Below are positions 18,841-27,566 of a stretch of DNA of 64,000 nt, one piece after another. The stretch is taken from contig JBAZWW010000002.1 in assembly GCA_041660165.1 (NCBI GenBank), positions 43,290 to 107,289 on the forward strand, in the 5' to 3' direction. This DNA is from Patescibacteria group bacterium (GTDB lineage Bacteria > Patescibacteriota > Patescibacteriia > UBA9934). The first letter of the stretch is position 1; each line of letters begins with the position of its first letter. The translations under genes were made by a program, and so were the position numbers. The notes beneath the pieces are model-generated. The model saw only the letters and a program-made list of their open reading frames with translations, was not told where the DNA came from and ran no database searches.

Positions 18841-19918
18841 ACGCCTGCTCAACAAAGGCTAAAAGCTCTTTTCTGAATCGTTCCGTAGAGAATTTCTCGG
18901 CGTGGGCGCGGATAATCTGGGGATCATAGGCGTCAGCATGGAAGTTTTTGATGGACTCTATGAGCGCATCGGTCGTTTGCTCGGTGAAGAACGCTCCTGT
19001 AACTTCCTCGACTACCGTTTCAAGTGCCCCGCCTTTTTTGTAAGCAATAACCGGGCGTCCGGTAGCCATGGATTCCACCACCGTCATGCCAAAGTCCTCC
19101 TCCTGCGGATTAACAAAGGCTACGGCGTCAGCATACAGCCTGGCGCGTTCTTCGTCAGATACTCGGCCAAGAAACTGCACGTTTGCTCCGGCGCGCTTTT
19201 TCAAGTCCTCCTCAACGGGGCCAGTGCCAAAGATTTTGAGCGGGAGGCCAAGCTTCGTGAAGGCATCAACGACTAGATCGAATCTCTTGTAGGATACTAG
19301 TCTGCCACCGGCCAGATAGTATTTTTTGGGGCTGGCTGAGATCTGAAAACGCTCTACGTCCACGGGCGGGTGCATGACTACGCTGTCTTTGCCGTAGTAT
19401 TTCTTGATGCGGGCCTTCACAGTGTCAGAATTCGCCAAGAAATAATCAACTCTTTCCGCCGCCGCCCTGTCCCACAAGCGCAAGTGCGAGAGGATTGAAG
19501 GGAGCACCCATTTTACGATTTTTGGCACGCGCAATTCTGACACGTAGCTAGCTGTATCGCTCCAGAGGTAGCGGGTGGGCGTGTGGCAGTAGCAGATGTG
19601 GACAGTGTGGGGATGGGTGATGACGCCTTTGGCAAAGGCGCTCGCACTAGAAATAACTACGTCGAACTCGCTCAGGTCGTAACTCTCTGTGGCTGAAGGC
19701 ATGAGGGGGAGTGAATAGCGGAATAGGCGTTTGCCAAACGGCATCTTCTGTAGGAATGAGGGGCGAATATCCTTATGCCCAAAATCCGTGCGCATGCTCT
19801 CTGCATCGTAATAAAGCGTGTAGGTAGGCGCGTACGGCCAAATGGCCTGGAGCGCGGATAGTACCCGTTCTGCCCCGCCGTGCTGGATTAAGTGGTCATG
19901 GACAAGTGCGACGCGCAT
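18803..19918 (-). CDS. glycosyltransferase family 4
   Basis: MRVALVHDHL start, EDFGMTVVESMATGRPVIA motif. Confidence 0.85.
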   Translation of the reverse strand: MRVALVHDHLIQHGGAERVLSALQAIWPYAPTYTLYYDAESMRTDFGHKDIRPSFLQKMPFGKRLFRYSLPLMPSATESYDLSEFDVVISSASAFAKGVITHPHTVHICYCHTPTRYLWSDTASYVSELRVPKIVKWVLPSILSHLRLWDRAAAERVDYFLANSDTVKARIKKYYGKDSVVMHPPVDVERFQISASPKKYYLAGGRLVSYKRFDLVVDAFTKLGLPLKIFGTGPVEEDLKKRAGANVQFLGRVSDEERARLYADAVAFVNPQEEDFGMTVVESMATGRPVIAYKKGGALETVVEEVTGAFFTEQTTDALIESIKNFHADAYDPQIIRAHAEKFSTERFRKELLAFVEQAYENRNRRPGAHE

Positions 19919-19936
19919 AGGTCAGGTGGGGGGAAT

Positions 19937-21346
19937 CTATGATGCTCCTTTTCTGAAGAGTACGGCAAACGGAGTTTTGACGAGGATAATGAGATCAAGC
20001 CAGGGGCTCCAGTTCTCAATGTAGTACATATCTAGGCGGACTTCGTCCTCAAAGTCAAGGGTGGCCCGCCCGCTGATCTGCGAGAGTCCCGTAATGCCCG
20101 GTTTAATGGTTAAAACTCGCCGTTCGCCCGGCTTGTAGGCGGCCACCTCTTCCGGCAAGTGCGGTCTGGGGCCAACTAGGCTCATAGAGCCGGAAAGTAC
20201 GGCATAAAACTGGGGGATCTCGTCTAAACTCCAGGTTCTGATGAACCGGCCTACGCGGGTGACGCGAGGATCATCAGACAGCTTGAACAGCGGGGTACCC
20301 TCACGCTCGTTCCCATATTTCTTGATGAACGCAGGGTCGAATCGCAACTGATGCGCGTTTTTTATCATCGAGCGGAACTTCATGAAGGGAAACGGCTGGC
20401 CTTTCATGCCGATGCGTTTGATCGTAAAGAAAATGGGTCCGGGATTTTCGATGACTACGGCGAGTGCAATGATGACTTGGAGGGGGAGCGTTATAAGAAT
20501 GAGCAGGAGCGAGAGAATGATGTCGAACGTTCGTTTGTAAATAGCGCCCCAGCCGTCAAGTGGTGTTTTTGGCACCTCGATCACAGGCCGACCGCCGAAC
20601 GTATAGACGATGGGTTGCAGCGTACTGCCAGGGAAAAGATCGGCAGTGTAAAGGAATGACGTATGTTCAATATCGGCAAAAGTTTTGATGGCGGTCACTT
20701 CTGAACGCTCGGCATCGGTATTTGCCAGGAGAATGACGTCGAGTTCATTATCCCGCTTCAGTTTTTTTAAGCGATCCGCGGTTTCCTCGTTGAAATGGGC
20801 TGTGTGATAAATGGGGAAGTAACCAAGCGTGGGATGCTCGGCAAAATAGGCAACAAGTTCGTTCGCGCCTTTGGTCTTGCCGATAATCACCACATTCTGG
20901 ACGCCGATGCCGAACCGTCTGAGCGTGCGCTGGAGTACTCGGAGTGAAACTCTTTCGACGAGCAGGAAAATGACAGACAGTACCCAAGCTGCCAGCACAA
21001 TGAAGCGAGAATCGAACAGCTCGCGTGAGAAAAAGGCGATGGCCAGGACCACGGCAATACTCGCAAATGAGGCAACGACAACGCGGACAGCTTCGCTCGG
21101 CAGGCCCCTTGGCCTGACGTTATAGAGACCGGAAACCGCAAAGACTGCTATGTAAATGACGGCAACGGGGAGGACGAGCGTGAGGAACTCGCTAAAGGTC
21201 AGCTCAAAGGTTACCGGCCGAAAGGCTGTAAACCACGGGGCAAAGCGCAGGGCGTAGGCCGCCGTAGCTGCCAATAAAATCGCCAAATAATCCACCGGCA
21301 AAAATATTGCCGCAAATGCTAAGTCAGCGCGCTTCATACTGTCCAC
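19937..21346 (-). CDS. polyprenyl-phosphate sugar phosphotransferase (bacterial sugar transferase, WbaP/CpsE-like)
   Basis: Multi-TM N-terminus, then KFRSM...PRVTRVGRFIRTWSLDEIPQF...SLVGPRP motifs. Confidence 0.85.
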   Translation of the reverse strand: MDSMKRADLAFAAIFLPVDYLAILLAATAAYALRFAPWFTAFRPVTFELTFSEFLTLVLPVAVIYIAVFAVSGLYNVRPRGLPSEAVRVVVASFASIAVVLAIAFFSRELFDSRFIVLAAWVLSVIFLLVERVSLRVLQRTLRRFGIGVQNVVIIGKTKGANELVAYFAEHPTLGYFPIYHTAHFNEETADRLKKLKRDNELDVILLANTDAERSEVTAIKTFADIEHTSFLYTADLFPGSTLQPIVYTFGGRPVIEVPKTPLDGWGAIYKRTFDIILSLLLILITLPLQVIIALAVVIENPGPIFFTIKRIGMKGQPFPFMKFRSMIKNAHQLRFDPAFIKKYGNEREGTPLFKLSDDPRVTRVGRFIRTWSLDEIPQFYAVLSGSMSLVGPRPHLPEEVAAYKPGERRVLTIKPGITGLSQISGRATLDFEDEVRLDMYYIENWSPWLDLIILVKTPFAVLFRKGAS

Positions 21347-21362
21347 ATTTTAGCACGAACAG

Positions 21363-22043
21363 CTACTTTATCCTCCACATATCGTCCCTTGGATCAATGC
21401 GGAGTTCCTTAGGATCAGTTTTGGTCGAGTATTTGACGGGTGCGTCCTTGATGATTGCCAGGGGCATTCGTTCTTTCCCCTCGCCCATGACCAGCACCGC
21501 AGAAGACGCGAGCGTATCTGCCACGTTCGTCTGCGTCATCTTGAGCGCTCGGCCAAAAATGTCCGGCGTCCCGCGGTAATCTCGCAGGCCAAGGAAGCCA
21601 GCATAACCAATTGCCACGCCCGTTACGCCAGCTCGCAGAGGATAGAGCCGGCTGTCCGTGATCAGCACTCCGCACTTCTTGATCTTGTGCTTCTTGAGAA
21701 AGTGTTGGTGGATTTTTCGAGCTACCTCATACGGCTCCTTCGGCCAGAGAACAAGCTTGCCATCAGCATTGGATTCATCTACTCCCGCATTCGGGCCCCA
21801 GTGCCCATCTTTGAGTGTCAGATAGCAGTATTTTGTTTTGATCGCCTTTTCACTCTCTTGTCGAATAACTCGCGTCTTTCTCCCTTGAGTGTTCTCGACA
21901 ACCCGTCCCTGTGCGAGCGCAACAATTTTTGAGGTGATGACGAGTATTTCGCCGTTCTCAACCTTCGGCACAAAGGTGTCGATATAGTTTTCGAGTGATT
22001 GATGCGGTTTGAAAATGGTGCAGTGAATGGAGGTAATCATCAT
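21363..22043 (-). CDS. CofE-like gamma-glutamyl ligase family protein (F420-0:gamma-glutamyl ligase-like)
   Basis: GEILVITSKIVALAQGR and GPNAGVDESNADG resemble the CofE SKVVS / ANAGIDxSN motifs. Confidence 0.55.
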   Translation of the reverse strand: MMITSIHCTIFKPHQSLENYIDTFVPKVENGEILVITSKIVALAQGRVVENTQGRKTRVIRQESEKAIKTKYCYLTLKDGHWGPNAGVDESNADGKLVLWPKEPYEVARKIHQHFLKKHKIKKCGVLITDSRLYPLRAGVTGVAIGYAGFLGLRDYRGTPDIFGRALKMTQTNVADTLASSAVLVMGEGKERMPLAIIKDAPVKYSTKTDPKELRIDPRDDMWRIK

Positions 22044-22106
22044 AGGAGGTTTGGCGAGGAAGGTGTTTCTCCCTCCTCGCCTGGCGGTTGTTAGAGATTG
22101 TCGAGC

Positions 22107-22826
22107 TTATCCCGGCCAGCCGGCCAGAATAAAGGCGAGATGATTGGCTACTTCAGCCATCAGCGGTTTCTGGCGTATATGCGTGTTGAATTCCAGCTGG
22201 ATGGCTTCGAGTCCATGTTGGCCAGATTTTTCGGCAACTCGGCGCGTGATCCACCCGCCACGGTAACGCGCGCTGATGTTCTGCGTTTCGTCGGGCGAGA
22301 ACACCGCCTTGTACGGTCGGCCGAGCACTTCACTTCGGACGTTTCCGAGGTGCCTGGCGATTGTTTTATCCAGGCCGAGCCTGCAGGTTTTATGGCGGTC
22401 GGTTCCGAGCACTATGTCGTATTTTTCCGGGCCTGGGGACGTAGCGAATCCGTGAACGTCAATGAGGAGACACTCGCCGAATTCCGTCAGGCTGAGTTCG
22501 ATCGCTAGATCGAGCGCCCTGTGGAACATCTCGTATTCTTTCACGAATCCTTTCGCGAAAGGTTCGTTGTCCGGCTCTCGGTTCACATCCACATGTGAAC
22601 GGTGAAGGCCGAAGGAGACGGTGGAGGCGTAGACGCCGCGTGTTCCGAGTTCACGCTCAAGATGTCGGGCCAGGATCAGCGTTTCTTCGTCTCGCATTTC
22701 ACCCCAGTTCCTGGCAATCCAGAGCTTGGCCTCCTCACGGATGGCGGCCTCGGGAAAAGCGATTTTGCCGTCGTGGGGCACGGAGAGGATGATGGGACCG
22801 TTACCATAGCTCACCCGGGTATACAT
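22107..22826 (-). CDS. N-formylglutamate amidohydrolase family protein
   Basis: LSVPHDG ... HS ... VHGF motifs. AAGGAG lies 7 nt upstream of the ATG at 22826. Confidence 0.55.
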   Translation of the reverse strand: MYTRVSYGNGPIILSVPHDGKIAFPEAAIREEAKLWIARNWGEMRDEETLILARHLERELGTRGVYASTVSFGLHRSHVDVNREPDNEPFAKGFVKEYEMFHRALDLAIELSLTEFGECLLIDVHGFATSPGPEKYDIVLGTDRHKTCRLGLDKTIARHLGNVRSEVLGRPYKAVFSPDETQNISARYRGGWITRRVAEKSGQHGLEAIQLEFNTHIRQKPLMAEVANHLAFILAGWPG

Positions 22827-22850
22827 TGTCACTCCTTTGGTTGAAGGTAA

Positions 22851-22884
22851 GTAAAAAACAGAGAGACTGAACAGCTTCTCTGTT
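22851..22884 (-). terminator. rho-independent terminator on minus strand
   Basis: AACAGAGA-12nt-TCTCTGTT stem followed on the minus strand by TTTTTT. Lies between rnpB and the next minus-strand gene. Confidence 0.5.
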
Positions 22885-23002
22885 TGAACAGTTTTTAAAT
22901 GAAACTTGACCAGGTAGAAATAGTGCGGGTAAGCAACATAACGATGGGAAAGGTAACAATGTCTGAGGGCGATGACAAGAGATAGTGGGGATGAAACAAA
23001 AA

Positions 23003-23557
23003 ACCGCCCTTGCGGACGGTGTTTTGTGCGTGGGAAACCTATAAGCCGAATTCTGTCGGTTGGATCAGCGCGTTCGGTTTGATCCAGCCGTGACGACCAT
23101 CTCTCTAGCCCCATGATTGCTCATGGGATCGTGCGAGCTACCTAATTTGCTCTTGCACCAAGGCGGGTTTGCCGCACCCGTATGTCGCCATACTGGTGAG
23201 ACGAGTAGTCATTGCTGACACCTCGTCACTTTTCACTGTACTCCACCCGTCACTCACCGAAGTGAGGGGTGTGGGTGGGTAGCATAGTCTCTGTTGCTTC
23301 CTGTTTCATCTTTCGACGAACAGTGAACTGAGAAATTCTTGCGTTTTTCTCAGACTTTCCCTGGGCTTCCTCACGCCTGTGGGGGACAGCGCGAACGCCG
23401 GTATCCAGTCCCTCACCTGCGTAACTTCTTCCCGGTTGCCGTTAGCAACGCCTCTTTCCAATGTACATTGCTGTACACGGGGTGTTCGGACTTTCCTCCC
23501 CTAACGTAGTTCGGCTTAGCCGGACGAAGTGGGGCGGTCATCTAGTTTCCCAAGCAC
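23003..23557 (-). ncRNA. rnpB: RNase P RNA (bacterial type A-like)
   Basis: On the minus strand, GGAGGAAAGUCCGAAC (P4 5' strand) lies 60 nt from a predicted P1. ACAGAAUUCGGCUUAUAGG (P4 3' strand) is present. P1 pairs as GUGCUUGGGAAAC / GUUUCCCACGCAC. A 3' GNRA-capped hairpin plus U-run terminator follows. No ORF in the region. Confidence 0.7.
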
Positions 23558-23662
23558 GGGAATATTAGCAAAAATAATGATTATTGTAAAGTGAAACCCC
23601 GCCGTCCAGCTTGCGCAGGACTGGCGGGGCACGACGGTCACAACCGTCCGGTGGGATCAACT

Positions 23663-24352
23663 CTAGGCGGGCTCGAAGGGGGTTGCGAGTTCGAGCAGGA
23701 AGTTGTAGAGGTCCACCGTGGAAACGGTGGTTTGCCACCGGCGGTTTTCCTGCAGTTCCAACTGCTTTCGCCGAATGTCAGTCTCGCTGAAGACCTTGGC
23801 CGTGATGGCCTTAGTCGTCCAGAAGTCCAGGATGAGGCCGAGGGTGTTTACGGCCGTTACCGTGGACAGGCTCGGGAGCTCGGTCGTGATGACGGCCCGG
23901 TAATGGTCTGCCCGAGTATTCCATTCACCGCCTTCGAACGGCCTCAACATGGCCTTGACCTTGTCTGGGGTGAGATCACGAATGAGCGTTCCCCCGCGAT
24001 GTCTGAGATCCATCAGGCCATGGAGGAGGCTGAGTCCTGCGGCATCGGCCCGGACGTAGTCTTCAGCCCACGGCTGACGGCGGAAGCATCGATTGAGAAG
24101 GCTCGGCGCCTGTTTCTCAAGGAGGCTGAAGATGAGATCCTGCTCCGGCCGTGTTTTGGCATGTTTCCCGCGCCGGAGAAGCTCTGCCTCTTCGGGGGTC
24201 AGCGGGCGGACGAATTCCTTCTCTTCTTCATCCGGCTCGAAACGTAGTCGGCCCCACGGCAAAGTGCTGGGGGCACAGACGAGCTGAGCGGGAGCGGGCG
24301 AACTAATCTTTGGCGGTTGCGTCGGCCTATTCGGCGTTCGAGCATTGGACAT
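23663..24352 (-). CDS. hypothetical protein (GC-rich island)
   Basis: 229-aa ORF, more protein-like than the overlapping plus-strand ORF. No recognisable domain. Confidence 0.35.
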   Translation of the reverse strand: MSNARTPNRPTQPPKISSPAPAQLVCAPSTLPWGRLRFEPDEEEKEFVRPLTPEEAELLRRGKHAKTRPEQDLIFSLLEKQAPSLLNRCFRRQPWAEDYVRADAAGLSLLHGLMDLRHRGGTLIRDLTPDKVKAMLRPFEGGEWNTRADHYRAVITTELPSLSTVTAVNTLGLILDFWTTKAITAKVFSETDIRRKQLELQENRRWQTTVSTVDLYNFLLELATPFEPA

Positions 24353-24520
24353 GGCGTCCCTCGTTTAGGTGGGCGGTTGGGGTTTTGCCGTGTTCGGGGA
24401 GAACACAGCTGGGCCAGCGTAGAGAAAGGCTGACATTTCGTCAATAAAATTGGCTAATAAAAGGAAGACGCCCATCGTTCGGGGGAACGACAGGCGTTAG
24501 CAAAGATCGGGATCTACCGG

Positions 24521-25051
24521 CTAGTTCTTGGGCAGAGCGCCCATGAGAACGGCCAGGACGGCGGTCTTTTCGGTGAGCTTCTGGAGCTCATGCGTGGGCG
24601 CCAGGAGAACCTTGGTCGCGTAGGCCCTGAGGCTCGAAACACCGATCCCCATTCTACGGTTGACGACTCCATCCGCGATGTCGTCGAGGAACCGGGAGAT
24701 GAGCCCGCGACGCGAAGCGTCGTTGCTCGCGAGGAGATTCAGGATCCCCTCCAGGGAATCGAGACTGATGGCGCGATTCCAACGCTCCTTGAGGAGTCCG
24801 TTGATGATCCAGCAGACCCGTTTCACGTCATCGTCCGTACAGACCTGGTACTGGCACCCCCGTCTGACGCCCAGGGCGCCGGCGTGGAGGCAGTGGAGGA
24901 CCAGGAGGTCGGTTGCATCCGTCGCGGTGCTGATCGCGGCCACGAGGTCTTCCGTGACCGAGTCGGGGGCGACTCGGACGACGTGACGAATCCTGTGGGC
25001 GGGAACGGCCGTGGGGGGTGCTTTTTGTCGTGGCAACTCTGCGGTAGTCAT
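24521..25051 (-). CDS. hypothetical protein (GC-rich island)
   Basis: 176-aa ORF, no recognisable domain. Confidence 0.35.
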   Translation of the reverse strand: MTTAELPRQKAPPTAVPAHRIRHVVRVAPDSVTEDLVAAISTATDATDLLVLHCLHAGALGVRRGCQYQVCTDDDVKRVCWIINGLLKERWNRAISLDSLEGILNLLASNDASRRGLISRFLDDIADGVVNRRMGIGVSSLRAYATKVLLAPTHELQKLTEKTAVLAVLMGALPKN

Positions 25052-25227
25052 GGACTATCCATTGGTGGGCGAACTGTGGCGGTTTTGCGTCCGGGAGGAC
25101 GCTGTATCCAGGAAGGATACGCGGAGGAGTGTACTCCAAAAAATGAAAATAGTCAATAAAAAGTGGACAAAAGCAAACGCCCGCCAGACCCTGTGGGTAT
25201 GGCGGGCGTGCAGACGCCTGAAAGGAG

Positions 25228-25827
25228 CTAGTCCTTCCTGGGCGTGAACGAGAGGTTGAGCCGTTCGAGGACGTAGGCCGGGTCCGTCCGATCGGCGAGC
25301 TTCGCACTGTCCATCTCCGTGGAGATGAGGTACGCGTCGCCCTCCGTGAGGTAGATCTTGTTCGCCATGAAGGCGCAGTCCGGCTTCCTGTCAGCCAGAC
25401 GCTTCATGGTTTCAGCCAGGTCCCTGAGGAAGACCGGTACCACAGCCCGGCGGGCGTGGTCCGTCTTCAGGTCGTGGAGGAAGCTGACGAGCTCTTCGGG
25501 GGTGGCGTCTCCGTCTTTCCTGCGGAGGTTGAGCTCCTCGATCTGCTTGAGCTCGTTCAGCACGGCCCGGGCGTTGGTCTTCTTGCCCTTGCCCATCACG
25601 CCGTTCTCCCGCATGACGGGGATGCACTTGAGGCGGGCCAGGATGATCACGGCGAGCATGAGCTCGCTCAGATCGTCCATGGTGTTGAGCGAGTTCTTGA
25701 GCTCTACGCCAATCGGCACGCTGGCCTTGGGCTTCCGGTTTTGATCAGTGCGCTGGCCCTGGGTTCGGGGAGAGCCCTTGGCCGCGGTTGGCGGGAGATG
25801 TTCAGAGGTAGTCGACGACAGGTGCAT
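25228..25827 (-). CDS. hypothetical protein (GC-rich island)
   Basis: The start is set downstream of a hairpin at 25930..25956. The longer N-terminal extension is unlikely. Confidence 0.3.
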   Translation of the reverse strand: MHLSSTTSEHLPPTAAKGSPRTQGQRTDQNRKPKASVPIGVELKNSLNTMDDLSELMLAVIILARLKCIPVMRENGVMGKGKKTNARAVLNELKQIEELNLRRKDGDATPEELVSFLHDLKTDHARRAVVPVFLRDLAETMKRLADRKPDCAFMANKIYLTEGDAYLISTEMDSAKLADRTDPAYVLERLNLSFTPRKD

Positions 25828-25929
25828 GGAGACCCCAATGCAGTGACGGTTATTTGCCCCGAATGGAGCCGGAAGACGATACTGCCCGGCGGTCAAAATG
25901 TCAATCATTAGCCATAAAACAACGAACGC

Positions 25930-25956
25930 CACCTTCCGGTTAGGAAAGGTGGCGCA
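25930..25956 (-). terminator. hairpin, possible terminator
   Basis: CCACCTTCC-n-GGAAAGGTGG stem between two minus-strand island genes. Confidence 0.35.
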
Positions 25957-25978
25957 CGGTTTGACGAACGGGTTCCGT

Positions 25979-26164
25979 CTAGGTTTCGTCCGCGTGCATG
26001 TGCCCGAGGACGAGCACGCAGGCGCCGCCAGCAACGAAGCCGATGACGACTGACACTTCGTGGCTGACGAGCGAGTTCGTGACCGTGAGTGCGACCACGA
26101 AGGTTCCTGTCACCGCGATTTCTCCTAGGAGGTAGTCTGGAACCATTTTTTTCAAGAACTCCTG
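25979..26164 (-). CDS. small membrane protein
   Basis: MQEFLKKMVPDYLLGEIAVTGTFVVALTV...VVIGFVAGGACVLVL, two hydrophobic helices, 61 aa. Confidence 0.35.
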   Translation of the reverse strand, partial: QEFLKKMVPDYLLGEIAVTGTFVVALTVTNSLVSHEVSVVIGFVAGGACVLVLGHMHADET

Positions 26165-26189
26165 CATGTTCGTGTCTCCCGAATCGAGT

Positions 26190-26378
26190 TTAATAGTCGA
26201 GTTTGGTTTTGAGGATGATCGACGCGAGCGCGACGAGCATACCGGGTCCGAGGAAGAGCGTCTGCAGGTCGATGTCGACCTTCCCGACTGCATGAGCCAG
26301 GAAGAGGATCGAGAGACCGGCCATGGCGCTACCGCCAAGAACCTTGAAAATCAACACCAACTCTTGTGTAACGGTCAT
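26190..26378 (-). CDS. small membrane protein
   Basis: 62 aa, two hydrophobic helices (AMAGLSILFLAHAV / LFLGPGMLVALASIIL). Confidence 0.4.
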   Translation of the reverse strand: MTVTQELVLIFKVLGGSAMAGLSILFLAHAVGKVDIDLQTLFLGPGMLVALASIILKTKLDY

Positions 26379-26504
26379 TTGAAACCTCGGTGGGATAGGG
26401 TGGACACTGCGTGATGCAGAGCCCGGAAGGTGTACCTAGGTACGCTAGGCACAATTCAAATAATAGCACTTTCTGCCTTGTTTGTCAAGCAAAAAGTGCA
26501 AAAT

Positions 26505-27488
26505 CTAGGCTAAGGTTAGGCCCATCTTTTGTTTGACTTCAGCAATTTTTGCGCCGGCGATTGCTCCTGCTCTGGCACTCCCCTCGGCAATGACTTTTTC
26601 AAGTTCGTCGCGGTGCTTGAGGTATCCAGCAATCTCGGCCTGGAGCGGTGTAAGATGAACAATCAGGGCCTCAGCCACGTCATCCTTAAGGTCCTTCATG
26701 CCTTTGTCTACGTACTCGTCTGCAACTGCAAAGACCGAGCGTCCCTCAATGAGCGAGAGGATCGAGAGCAAATTAGCAACCCCGGGACGAGCCTCGTCAT
26801 ACCGCACCGTTGGTTCCGAGTCCGTGACCGCTGACCGAATTTTCTTGCGGATGACATCGGCTTCATCCATGAGCGAGATGTAGTTTTTGGGGGTAGGGGA
26901 GCTTTTGCTCATTTTTTTCTCTGGATTGTCGAGCCCCAGGAGCTTGGCTCCGTGCTCGGCGATCATTGGTTTAGGAATCACGAACGTCTCACCGAAGTCG
27001 CGGTTAAAGCGCTCTGCCAAATCTCGAGCTAGTTCGATGTGTTGCCGTTGATCCTCGCCTACAGGCACGCCAACCGCGTCATAAAGCAAAATATCAGCCG
27101 CTTGTAGAACGGGATAGGTGAAAAGTCCTACACTCACATTCTGTCCCTTGCTTTTTGCTTTGTCTTTGAATTGAATCATTCTTTCAACCTCGCCCATGCG
27201 AGCAACACATTGCATGATCCAGCCAAGCTCCGCATGCGCCGAGATTCTCGACTGTTGGACGATCGTTGCGCGTTTAGGGTCTATGCCCGCAGCCAAATAC
27301 GCCGCCGTGGCAAAGGCGATGTTATTCGACAGCTCGATAGGGTTTTGCGGAACTGTAATAGCGTGCAAATCAACGATCAGCATCGTGAGGTCATGTTCTT
27401 TCTGCAGTTCGACCGCCGGCTTCAGTGCGCCAAAGTAATTGCCGATGTGCAGAATGTTCGTTGGCTGGATGCCAGATAGAATACGCAT
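26505..27488 (-). CDS. trpS: tryptophanyl-tRNA synthetase
   Basis: TNILHIGNYFGA (HIGH-class), KMSKS present. Confidence 0.9.
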   Translation of the reverse strand: MRILSGIQPTNILHIGNYFGALKPAVELQKEHDLTMLIVDLHAITVPQNPIELSNNIAFATAAYLAAGIDPKRATIVQQSRISAHAELGWIMQCVARMGEVERMIQFKDKAKSKGQNVSVGLFTYPVLQAADILLYDAVGVPVGEDQRQHIELARDLAERFNRDFGETFVIPKPMIAEHGAKLLGLDNPEKKMSKSSPTPKNYISLMDEADVIRKKIRSAVTDSEPTVRYDEARPGVANLLSILSLIEGRSVFAVADEYVDKGMKDLKDDVAEALIVHLTPLQAEIAGYLKHRDELEKVIAEGSARAGAIAGAKIAEVKQKMGLTLA

Positions 27489-27566
27489 ATGCGACAGATT
27501 GTACACAGAATGACGAATAAACAAAAAGCCCCTTGTGAGGAGCCTTCTGTTCTCTGCCTTGAATTC

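Noticed and set aside
23591-24247. 218-aa plus-strand ORF in the GC-rich block
   Set aside because: Gly/Arg/Pro-rich and overlaps a more protein-like minus-strand ORF. All other genes in the block are on the minus strand.
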